Shown here one piece after another: positions 41,814-52,712 of a stretch of DNA of 64,000 nt (the stretch's first letter is position 1; every line of letters begins with the position of its first letter). The notes below the pieces were generated by a model. It had not been told where the DNA came from, did no database searches, and saw nothing but the letters and a program-made list of their open reading frames with translations. Both the position numbers and the translations under genes were made by a program. The stretch is from the NCBI RefSeq assembly GCF_964355755.1, contig NC_092671.1:32560304-32624303 (forward strand). The letters are read 5' to 3'. Source of the stretch: Antedon mediterranea (taxonomy: Eukaryota; Animalia; Echinodermata).

Positions 41814-44800
41814 GGGTTGGTGAAATCTGTCCACAATAGGTAACTTTTCTGTCCATAATAGGTTACTTTCTGTCCTTAATAGGGACTAGAGGGCGCTGTT
41901 GTTTGTCCATAATAGGTGACTTTCATAATTGGCTGTCCAAAATACGTGACTTTTTGTCCACAATAGGGGATTGTATTGGAGTTGTGCGCCATCCATTATG
42001 TTGTCCATAATAGGTGATTTTTGTCAAGTGTAACTTGTGTTGGAAACTCCATAGCATAGGCTAGTAATTAAGTTTCATAGGCTTATATAGGCTAGATAGT
42101 GGTCAACTAAGTACTAACTAGGCCTAGCTAGGCCTTTAAGTCTGAGTTTAGTAGGAAAGTTGCATCGTAAATAATAATTTGCTTTCTGGGATTTTATTGG
42201 GCCCTACATAGCTAAGGGATAGGCCTAGCTAGTAGGTACTGGCAGACAACTAATGTATAATATTATTAATGACCATAATAGACCAAGCTTTTATTCCCTG
42301 CAAGGGTAGGCCTATATATATCAGTCTAGGCTGGTTTAGACAGATCATCTTTAAAAAAAATCTGCTCTAGGTTAGGATAGTTCAAATGTTTTATTATATA
42401 TTAAACCGTATAACACCAAAACAGATATAGCCTAGGAATGAATAGGCCTCTTAACTGTTCAAATTTACAAACAGATGTACACATATTTTTAAAACAAAAG
42501 TAGTAATACTGTATCAACTACCAATGTTTAATATTGCAAAAGACATCAGAGTTCAGCACTTCATTTCGTCATTTTAGGTCGTCCCCTATTTCAAAATCCT
42601 GGATCCACATAACTCAATGACAATTCATCCCAGTCAGTAGTCAATCAATAGCAGCACTTCTCATCCATTTATTATATTGTTGTTTAATTAAATGAATCAA
42701 TTTTAATGTTTAATAATCTATATATAAATTTACGTAAGGGCAAAATTCGGTAAATCGCGCGTTATTTCTAGAATGTTTACTCGATGATATATAAAGTTGG
42801 TTAGAATCTCGGTACTGATTTTAAACACCTGATGTAACCCTGTTTACTATTTAAATTTAGTTAGATAATTAGTTATTGACAATTAAAACGAATTTAGGTT
42901 CAACGATTTGCCCTAAATAGGGGTGTTTTCCGATCGTGGTATACACTGTCTAATGGATGTCTTCATGAAAAATACCTGCACAAAATAATACGAGGATACT
43001 TCGCATTTTTCTATCTCCTCCTACGATAATTGTTTTTAATAGCTTAAAACCGGTTGAACAGCTCGAGTACAGTATCATAATGTTGAAGACAGGCCGATTT
43101 TCTTTAAAAAATACTATTTTGATAGATTTATATACGTTTACACAAATGTAGGCCTATTGATTTGCGATGAATGGAACATTCGAATCTCTCAGACTCCCAG
43201 TTTGTAGGTAAATTTATGAGCCCTTGGTTTAACACAAGTAGGTAAATTTGTGGGCCCTTGGAGAATAAAACTTATATATATCGTATTGCAATACTTTGAC
43301 AATATTGTAAATACTGTACGTATTAACCATTTTAAATACGTAGTAACCATTGTTGGTCGCCATTTGAATCGAAATTGTCTTGAATTGTGAATGTGGTTAC
43401 TGTTAGATATATAAACAAAAAAAATATACAAAGAACATTTATTACTGTGACTGTGGGTAGATTACTGACAGTTGCTTCTCAACGTTTGAATTAATTAATA
43501 ATTATAAAAAATATAAACGTTGTAGTGGTGTATCGTTACATGTACTTTACTATTTCAATCGACTATAACAGGGACAGTTTTAAAAAAGTATTATAAATCG
43601 ATTGATAGGCCTATAAAACTTTTAAAACAATATTTCGTTACTGAGTGGATAGAGAATATATTTAAAAATTGTTCTTTCCATCCTCTTCCCCATCCCTCAA
43701 CTCTAATGTTATATACAAAAACACAAATTGGGTTTGTTTAAATGAGTTCAAATAAAAAAATTGGACTCATTTTTAAGACAAGGCCTACTTTCCAGGGTGC
43801 TAATTTTACATAAATCATCGTGTCTATTTATTCGTTTCTGTAAACGACAATGTACTATAGTCCTGCGGTACGTACATTTTACGCTGAAATTACTGTGTTT
43901 TCGAGAACCATCTAGTGAAGCAAAATAAATATTATTTTGAATTATTAAAATACGACAATAAATAAAGTTTACATACACGTAGTGTACAATCAACAATTTT
44001 GTTCTGTATTCTAAGTTTATTCATAATCTAAATGAAAAATAAAATAAAATAAAATACTGAATTATATTAATTGTAAAAACATGGATAAACTACAATTTTA
44101 AAAATAGCAAAGATAAATAAAATACACCATAATTATTATGTTTATTACTATAATTATTGACCGATGATGATATGATCAAAGATATTATGTCGAAATGATG
44201 TACCTTTTCATTTCAGCAGCATATATGGGCAGAATATCAAACATCTGTATGCCTATAATAAAAAAAGGAAATAGTTAAATACTATAATAATGTTTAGGTA
44301 TTGTATAATGCAAGTAACCTCAATCTTAGTAATGCTGAGACAAATTGTCATGTTGTATGGTGGGACACAGTTATGTTTAAATATTTTATTGCATTTAAAA
44401 AAGATATGTAGGATTGTTTTACTAAATTTATGTTTATTAGTTGTCAGAGTCAATTATTACCATACTCACTATACAAAAACTGATATTAAATGTTTAAAAA
44501 TAAATGCTTTATTGAATGAATTGCTTTAATAATATAACATTCAATTAAATTTTGAAATATTTTCTGCATGTATTTTGTTAGTGGATTTATCTATTTTATA
44601 CGGCGATTGTAATGTTTATAAAGAATGAAAGTAAAACAGAAATATCTGCTTTTAATTTCCTAGCAATGCAAATCAATAGAACATTCCAAATCATAATGTT
44701 ATTAAAAATGAATTTTCATGTATTGTCATTAAGTTTTTCTACTACGGTACTGATAATATTCAGTTTGACGCATTTTTATCCTTATTTTCGAGATTACTTT

Positions 44801-45309
44801 TGCAAAAACAAATACTGTTTCGAAATAGGCTTCTTTTTGGGATTTTACAATATCTTGGTCATATTGAAAAATCTCCTAAAAGATGTAGTGGGTTATATGT
44901 AAAGTATTTTTCCTTAATTGTAGGTCAGGCCTATCTGTTACTTACCCTAGTTAATAGAAATTTCCATGCTACTTTACTATAACATTGATCAGAAGATTCA
45001 CTCCGTACACAATCTGTAATACATGCAGAAATTATGGGAAAACAATTGTGAGAATTAAATAGATGATATAATACAGTAATAACATACAGTAACAATGGCT
45101 CTGGCTCTACTATACTGCCAACCTAGTAACTGTCCGAACTGTCTGGATAAGATTCATTCATTCACAAAATAATATAAAAAAAAATGTTAATATGTCAACC
45201 TTGTCACCTATTATCGACAAACAACAGCGCCTTCTAATTCCTATTATGGACAGAAAGTAACCTATTATGGACAGAAAAGTAATCTATTGTGGACAGATTT
45301 CACCAACCC
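41814..45309. mobile_element. Non-autonomous TIR element (~3.5 kb) with ~105-bp TIRs built from TGTCCATAATAGG subrepeats
   Basis: GGGTTGGTGAAATCTGTCCACAATAG...GGCGCTGTTGTTTGTCCATAATAGGTGAC versus GTCACCTATTATCGACAAACAACAGCGCC...CTATTGTGGACAGATTTCACCAACCC. No clear TSD. Confidence 0.88.
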
Positions 45310-46872
45310 TATTGAACCCTTCTGAACCGCATAACATTTCGCGTCGTTTTAAAAGGCGGCACATTTTAATTCTCCTTTAGACAATGTTAAAACGATAAGT
45401 GTTTGTTTTGCGGAAAAAAAAGTATTTTTAAACCAATTTAACAAATAGTCGCCGATAGGTTTTCATGAATTCACTAATTAGATTCTGCTAGTACATTGGA
45501 CGAGAAAATGCTTACTCAAGAAGAAACCAAATTATTAGGGTTACACACGACCGATGCATCTATTTTGTCTATGTTAAATTCTTCTTTTAAGACTATCAAA
45601 GTTGTAGAGTTAGCCAACCTCTGAAACATATCGGTGGTATAAAATCAGTGGGATGTCGAAATTATAACGGGATTTATTACAAAGTTGTAAAGAGAGTTAA
45701 CTGATCACGTCACACGCGCGCTCTTAACTATTATATTCAGATAGGAATACGAATCATTTCATTGCAATTTAAATAATAAATTGAAGTTTAACAATCAATG
45801 CATAAAATACTGGACACATAGAGCAAACAGAAGCAAAAATTACAGATTACATACACAAACAATTAATGCAATTAATTAATCGATTAGGCAAAATTAATTA
45901 GGCATAGCAAAATTACAATATTTGGATTATTATTTGGATTAGCTTAAGCACACAACTATAACGTTAGTAATGGGAACACATCTTATATCGTTATGCACGT
46001 CAACACTGTATGCATGGCGACACTGGTGTTACGAATATGTGTACCTAACTACACCTGGCATGTTGTATTCTACAGATTGCATTGTCTACTATTGTTGTAA
46101 ATGTCAATATGATTTATTGACAATCTAAAAGTGGGAATAATTGACTTTTAAATAAATTGTTTACTATTTTAATTTTCAATTAATTTTTACGCAAACCTTT
46201 AGTATTATTTATGACCGCATTGTTTATATAAATGTTTAGTACAGTATGATTTATTGGCAACTATTTAACTGTATGACATAAAATCATGTATGAATACAGC
46301 CTATTGTAACCTTGATGAACATATTGAGTATGAACTTAAATATAAACATCATCATTGTTAACATGAGTAACAGATGGCTAGATTTTCACGCAATTACAGA
46401 CAAACACACACACACACACACACTTTCATTGAATAACAGATGCTGGTCGTATTAAATGCATTTATATATTCATTTAAAACAAAATAATATGCATTTTTTT
46501 TAAATCTATTTAAATTTTGTGTCATATTTTAGTTTATTCATAACTTAGCACACTATCAAACCGACAAAGTCACAGACCCGTCTAAATTTCTTTTGTTTTT
46601 TGTACTAAAATATATTTATTCATATCGTCGTTGTCGTCCTAGAACAGGTGGCCCTAATTGATTCTCTTCATATCAAATGACATAATTAAAACAAAAGTAG
46701 GTGTGTTTATAAAATCCATATAAATATAACATTTAATATAAAATTATTAAAAACCAAATGTTACTGTTTTTAATCAATGTAATGAAATGTAGGCCTTCGT
46801 TAGGGCTACCTTATTTGATTTAAATGACAGGAATTGATTTAGATGTTATATAAAACATACTTTCATTGAATA

Positions 46873-47034
46873 ACAAATAATGAATGTTTTGTATTCGTGT
46901 AATGGTACAAATAATAGCATTTGGTGAATGATGAAAGGTTATATTAACTCGGCGTTGCCTCGTTGATATAACCTTTCATCATTAACCTCATGCCATTATT
47001 TGTACCATTACACTCATAAACATTCATTATTTGT
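46873..47034. mobile_element. ~160-bp palindromic MITE
   Basis: ACAAATAATGAATGTTT...TGTAATGGTACAAATAAT...ATGATGAAAGGTTATAT, centre AACTCGGCGTTGCCTCGTT, then the mirrored arm. Confidence 0.85.
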
Positions 47035-47589
47035 ATTCTATTATATAAATAATACTTTATTATTCTAATTTATGCTTTACTCTTTAATTTAAAAATTAAT
47101 ATAAGAAGTTCTGGATTCTATTCTGAGAATTCCAACCCCTCCTCCTTCTCCCGCCTTCTATAGAGTTGACTGAAAACCTCTGTCAGTTCTATGCCTATCT
47201 TCTAGTAACTTAATGAAAATATTCATAGATAGCATGGCAGCTGAGCGTTGATGTACGACGATCAAGTGGTATGTTATTATCTGTGATCACTTACTTAAAA
47301 ACACCCGTCATGCAAGTTAGGGCTTAGATATGTCAATTTTGGTTTTAAAATACTGTAACAAAATCGCATACATGACACCGTGTCAATTCAATTGAAATGA
47401 AATCTACGTTAACATTCAATCTTTACTTTATATTTGTATTCGAAATGTTCGTGTTTTTGCAATTGTTTGCAATTATACATCAAAATGAATTAAATTTAAG
47501 ATAAACATTTGCGATGACTTGTTTATAAAAAATAGTGAAATTAGCGCCCCCCCCCCCCCCCAACGGTTTATTATGATATCATACCCATT

Positions 47590-48943
47590 CAAAAGTGTCC
47601 GTGCGGACACTTTTCAGCATTGGATAGTGTCCAGTTGCATGTTTCAACGGGTTCGCGGGCGTTTTTCAACAATTTAATGCTGTCCAACCCGTTTATTAAT
47701 GTCTTACCCACAGATTGAAATGCGTCCACTATTGAATACTGTACGGGGAAATATTAGCGGTCAGGTAGTAACCGGCCGTGTTATGATAGGTGATTCAGGT
47801 TCTGATCGCGCATGCACTTGTCTTCTTTTAATGATTAATAATACTTAATGATGCCAAACTTTTTTTTTTCTAATTAAAGATAACTTTGCCTAAACACGTC
47901 CAATTAGGGACCATTATATTATTTGGTATGGGTAAAGACAAGTAAAACAAATAATTTTTAATTATGTGACAAAAACAAGTAAATGAAGTGGTCCTCTTCC
48001 AATTAAAAATCCCTTTACCTAAAACACCTCCAATTACCGACCATTATATTATTTAGTATTAATAAAGCAAGAATAATAAATAGTTTTAATTATGTGACAA
48101 AAACAAGTAATGGCACTGGTCCTCTTCCAATTAAAGATCACTTTACTTTAAGACACCTCTAATTATCAATCATTATATTGTTTGGTATGAATAAAGACAA
48201 GAATAATAAATAGTTTCAAATATGTGACAAAATATAAGTAATTGTACTGGTCCTCCAATTAAAGATCATTTTACTTATAGACACCTCTAATTAGCGACCA
48301 AAAAGAATAATAAATAGTTTTAATTATGTGACAAAATTAAGTAACTGTACTGGTCCTCTTCCAATTAAAGATCACTTTACTTATAGATACCTCCAATTAG
48401 CGACCATATATTAATTGGTAGGAGTAAAGACAAGAATAATAAATAATTTTATTTATCTGACAAAATAAAAGTAATTGTACTGGTCCTCCTCCAATTAAAG
48501 ACCACTTTACTTAAAACACCTCCAATTAGCGACCATTTTTATTAATTGGTAGAGGTAATTGTACTGGTCCTCTTTCAATTAAAGATCATTTTACTTAAAG
48601 ACACCTCCAATTAGCGACCATTATATATTTTTTTCAAATTACGTCCATTTACTTTAAATTGATGTCTCCTGATATAATAATTAATTAATTAATTAATAAT
48701 ATTTATTTGGATCGACATATTTTTTTGTTTTGTTTTGCGATTCAAGTTGGTATTCTAAGGAATTATAATTACCCTAATGGGAGTTGGTAAATGTCCAGCG
48801 GCTTAGTTTTTACAGGGTTAAGGTGATGTGACAGTCGATGGTCCTACTTTCTTATCGATGAAAACTGCCCGGGTGGTTGCAACCATTTTCAACAGCTGGT
48901 GTTACACTATTCAATGCTGAAAATTGTCCGGTGGACACTTTTA
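47590..48943. mobile_element. TIR-bounded element carrying an internal ~128-bp tandem array
   Basis: AAAAGTGTCC..CGGACACTTTTCAGCATTGGATAGTGT (47591) is inverted relative to ACACTATTCAATGCTGAAAATTGTCCGGTGGACACTTTT (ends ~48941). Confidence 0.7.
47871..48630. repeat. ~128-bp tandem repeat, ~6.5 copies
   Basis: Units begin CCAATTAAAGATCACTTTAC at ~47871, 47999, 48127, 48255, 48361, 48491 and 48576; two units are internally deleted. Confidence 0.92.
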
Positions 48944-48989
48944 AACACCGGACACATTTCAATCTTACACCGGCTTCTATCGTAGACGA

Positions 48990-49873
48990 TAATGTCAATT
49001 TAGTCTTACATTCATCTGAATGATGACTAAGCCAGGAATGTTTAAAGCACCTTTGGCTGGTCCCAACATTGACCAAGGGCTTCTCTCGTCTAGTGCCCAC
49101 CTTAACCAGAGGAGAGGCATAAGCCAATACGTCTGAGGAAGAGAAGATACTAGATGCAGGGGCTGCCATAAGAGTCAGCAGTGCTGATTTCAAATGCCTA
49201 ATAGAACCCCAACTCCATATACATCACCCGGTCTTCCCAGATGGTCTCCCATCCAAGCTTTAACCGGGCCCAACGTTGCTTAAAGATGTATTGTCCCTTT
49301 AACACAAAAAAATAAAGGTCAAAATATTCTAAATTTAAATTGGCCATATCAAAGTAATATTAAAGTTATTCACTTTAAGTTGAAAATTCGAGCCAGAAGT
49401 AACAAGTTAATTAACAGGTAAATTAATTTGATTACATTTCATCTGGAAAATCGTCGCAAGCGAAAGTAAACAAAGATTTCAAACCACGAGTATGCATTAT
49501 GCATGATGCTAGGATTGTTTACAACTCGTCACGGTTGAGAAGGTGTTTTCACACAGATCGCGAGGAAGTTTTATGATTTTGCATACAGAGTAGCCAAACA
49601 AGCGCGTTGCATTATGAGATATGTTTTGATCGAAAATTTTGACTGGAAGTTAAAGTTATTTTTATAACAAAAAACGTCTGCATTTCAGTTAAATGATTTT
49701 TATTTCGACTAACTTTTGATGGAAGTTAATAACTATTATGATACTTCAAAATGACCCACTTTTTTTTAAATATCTTTTTAATTTTTTTTTTTTTTAATTA
49801 GTCAAAAGGACAATACATCTTTAACTTCGGTGATCTGACGAGAACCGGTGTTTCAACGTGGTAAGGCCGTATC
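48990..49873 (-). mobile_element. 5S rRNA-derived SINE (SINE3-type) or 5S pseudogene, interrupted by a DNA element
   Basis: With 49284-49824 removed, the minus strand reads TACGGCCTTACCACGTTGAAACACCGGTTCTCGTCAGATCACCGAAGTTAAGCAACGTTGGGCCCGGTTAAAGCTTGGATGGGAGACCATCTGGGAAGACCGGGTGATGTA (5S-like). There is no oligo-T terminator, and ~230 bp of GC-richer body follows. Confidence 0.8.
49284..49820. mobile_element. Kolobok-like non-autonomous DNA element (537 bp)
   Basis: ttaa|AGATGTATTGTCC ... GGACAATACATCT|ttaa: 13-bp TIR, AG..CT termini and a TTAA TSD. Second copy at 21513. Confidence 0.9.
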
Positions 49874-50000
49874 AGTTCTGTCTACACTATCAAAATTTGA
49901 CCAAAAAAAGTGTGATGTGACCAAAATGGTAGTGATATGACGGTATCGTGTCCATATATGGGCGCAATTTTCACATAAATTTGATAGTGTAGACAGAGCT
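49874..50000. mobile_element. ~127-bp MITE (Harbinger-like termini)
   Basis: 21-bp TIR AGTTCTGTCTACACTATCAAA / TTTGATAGTGTAGACAGAGCT. A similar end, CTGTCTACACTA, appears at the extreme end of the window. Confidence 0.8.
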
Positions 50001-50059
50001 TTAGTCATAATTATATTTACACCGGTATCCACATAATTAATTGTTTTGTTCTATTTCAG

Positions 50060-50179
50060 ACGAAGCTTTCGAGTGTTTTAATTGCAGCGAAGAATCAACA
50101 GAACTATGTCAAACTAAAGGTAACATCACAGCTTGTGGGAAAGGAACTAACACATGCTTTACACAAATTCGTTATCATG
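50060..50179 (+). CDS. Ly6/uPAR (LU, three-finger) domain protein, internal exon
   Basis: ctatttcAG|...|GTgaga, 120 nt, phase 1-1: EAFECFNCSEESTELCQTKGNITACGKGTNTCFTQIRYH(G). Typical LU N-terminal xCxxC and Cys spacing. Confidence 0.9.
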
Positions 50180-50962
50180 GTGAGACATGACCTATTATTT
50201 GTTTGTAGATAGTAGATTAATATAACCAGCGATCTAAGTAATTCTTCCATGATATAACTGATAAAAACGATGAATCGCAATGACAATTCAATTGGTATAG
50301 ATTGTAAACAAATCTTCCTATACTATAGGTGTTTAGAAAAGGTGATGTACAGAACGTTTAGGCCTACAACTAAATACAAAATAGTAGTAAGGAAACGTTT
50401 ACAACCCTATTACAATTATGCAGTATGGGTAAATTTGAACATATTTATTATTGAATTTGTACAACGATATTTTGCTCGTCTTTTTACCTAATAAAGCAAA
50501 GAAAATAAACTACACTAGCTTAGGTAGTCAGCGATTCTTCGTTGTTTTCTTTACTCCACACAAAGTATACTGTAATAAGGCGGAGAAATAATTATGGCTC
50601 TAACCATATGTAAAAAGTAGCGCCCTCAATGATTTATTACGATTCTACACCCAACAGATTGTTCACCATTTCTCATTCACTGTATCTAGAGTTTCCCTAT
50701 ACCTGTAAATGTATATGCAAATACGGGAAATTTCTATTAGAATTTAAAACAAAATTAATATAATACTCACTTAGAAAAAAATGTTTATGAATGGATGGAC
50801 ACTATACTACACTACTAGGCCTAATTCTAGAAAACAGTTGATATTATATAAGTTCTTATGGATTTAAAAATCGGAAGCAGTTTTATGTTTTGTTGCCTTT
50901 AAAATGCATTATCAATGTATGTAATTTGCCAATTCGTATAATTTTACTTTTATAAATTGTAG

Positions 50963-51207
50963 GTGGTACGTACAAAGTTAAAAAGATAGTAAAAAGTTGT
51001 ATTCTTCGACCGTCTTGTGAAGAGAAGATGGCGCAATCTACGAATGAAAAGTGCCAACAAAAGGAGAACGATTTTGATTGTACGACGTGCTGTTATAAAG
51101 AACTATGTAATAAAGATGCTGGAACTTTGAAAATAACATCCAACCAGATTTTAACAACCAGTATGGTAGTATTTACAATAATTTTTCATTTTCATGTTTT
51201 GCGGTAA
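50963..51207 (+). CDS. Ly6/uPAR protein, last coding exon with CCxxxLCN motif and GPI-signal-like tail
   Basis: ttgtAG|, phase 1, in frame with the previous exon: GTYKVKKIVKSCILRPSCEEKMAQSTNEKCQQKENDFDCTTCCYKELCNKDAGTLKITSNQILTTSMVVFTIIFHFHVLR*. Confidence 0.92.
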
Positions 51208-51741
51208 GAATGGGTCGTTAGTATTTGGCGGTATTTTCTTTGGTCAGACGACGCAATCTTTTATAGGAAAATGATAAATCTATCAAAATAAACATTGATC
51301 GAAAGAAATATTGCTATTATGCCTGAGCCTAAAAATTGTATCAGAAAGTCTGGAACTGTTCTTTGGCCAACCTTATCGTGCCACACCATGGAGTGTGTGT
51401 ATTTCCTCCACGAGCAGACGATCTAGTTTTGATAGAAACTGTGAGCGATTTAAAGAAGAATCAGATCCGTATTATGCTATTAGTTACAAAATATACAGAT
51501 TATCGAGCAAATTAAGTCAGCGTGGTAACTACGATTATTTTTCATCGTATTGTATCGTTCTTCAAAATAAAAGCTTACCATTTTCTGGCGGTTTTTTGCC
51601 AGACGATGTAAAGACTGTGTGAGTTTTTTCAAGGGAATACTATTGATCTCGTGTTACCTTTGCTACATTAAAGAAGTTTTCCATAACATTCTCGAACAGT
51701 GACAGTAAAAAGGTTCATCTGGATCTCTGTAAAGTATTCAA

Positions 51742-52712
51742 TTTTTTTTCTTTTGGATAATCCAAAAGGAATAAAACCATAAAACTTACGTTTTCCTAGC
51801 TTTCACTGGTTCAACAACGCAGCTTAATCATGAGTGAGTCGATGTGACTTAGTTGGTATAGCGCCATCTATGGACGCAGGTTTACCCAAATGGGATTGTT
51901 GGGGCCTCCTCTTTAGTAATTTTGTATACAGTTTTGGTAGTTCTAATCCGCCGTCGTCTCTGTTTATAGTATTACCAAGTTTTCTTATTTTTATAGATTT
52001 TTTTTTATTTTGTCTTTAGGGTGAACTAAGAGATTTCTGAATTTGTTTTGTGGTGTAAAATGTATGTCACTTCACATTGCACGGGTATTAGAACTACCAA
52101 AACTGTATGTAGATGCCGCAATACAAACACAGAGACAACTTGGTTACTGTTTAATTTTAATGCGTTGACCTGATATGCTCTTCAACGATTAACTGTAATA
52201 GTAATCAAACATACATAAGATAAAGGGCTAGACCAGAACTAGGCTAGCATAAACACAAACATAGCAAAATATGTAAACTCAATCAAAAGGTACAGACATT
52301 TACCGTACAGTTGAGTGTCCCTGATATGGAAAACTACATTGCATATTCATTAATGTTTAATAGCTTCTATGTGATTGTTTTATACTGCAAATAACTAGTT
52401 TAGCGAATATCAACATGTTTACATATTAATTCTCCCTTGACAACCTTTACCAAATAGAGGGTGACAAACACAAAATAATAAAGACAGTTGGCATTAACAC
52501 TGTATAACAACTTACTAAAGAGGCACCGACAATCCCATTTGGGTAAACCTGAACGTTCCATAGATGGCGCTATACCCAACTATAAGATTTCATGGTAACA
52601 ATTGCAAGTCATATAGACTCACTCATGATTAAGCTGCGTCGTTGAACCAGCGAAAGCTAGAGAAAAATCACTGTACGGTTGTATTCCCTTTGGATCATCC
52701 AAAAGAAAAAAA
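51742..52712. mobile_element. Foldback/TIR element (~970 bp) with ~190-210-bp arms
   Basis: TTTGGATAATCCAAAAGGAAT...GCAGCTTAATCATGAGTGAGTC...TATAGCGCCATCTATGG...GGTTTACCCAAATGGGATTGT is mirrored at ~52500-52712. Confidence 0.85.

Noticed and set aside
48852-49193. 113-aa minus-strand ORF
   Set aside because: It spans the SINE body and a TIR end, has a non-ATG start and no recognisable domain.
49217-49873. Functional 5S rRNA gene
   Set aside because: Interrupted in box A, diverged in the 3' half, and lacking a terminator.
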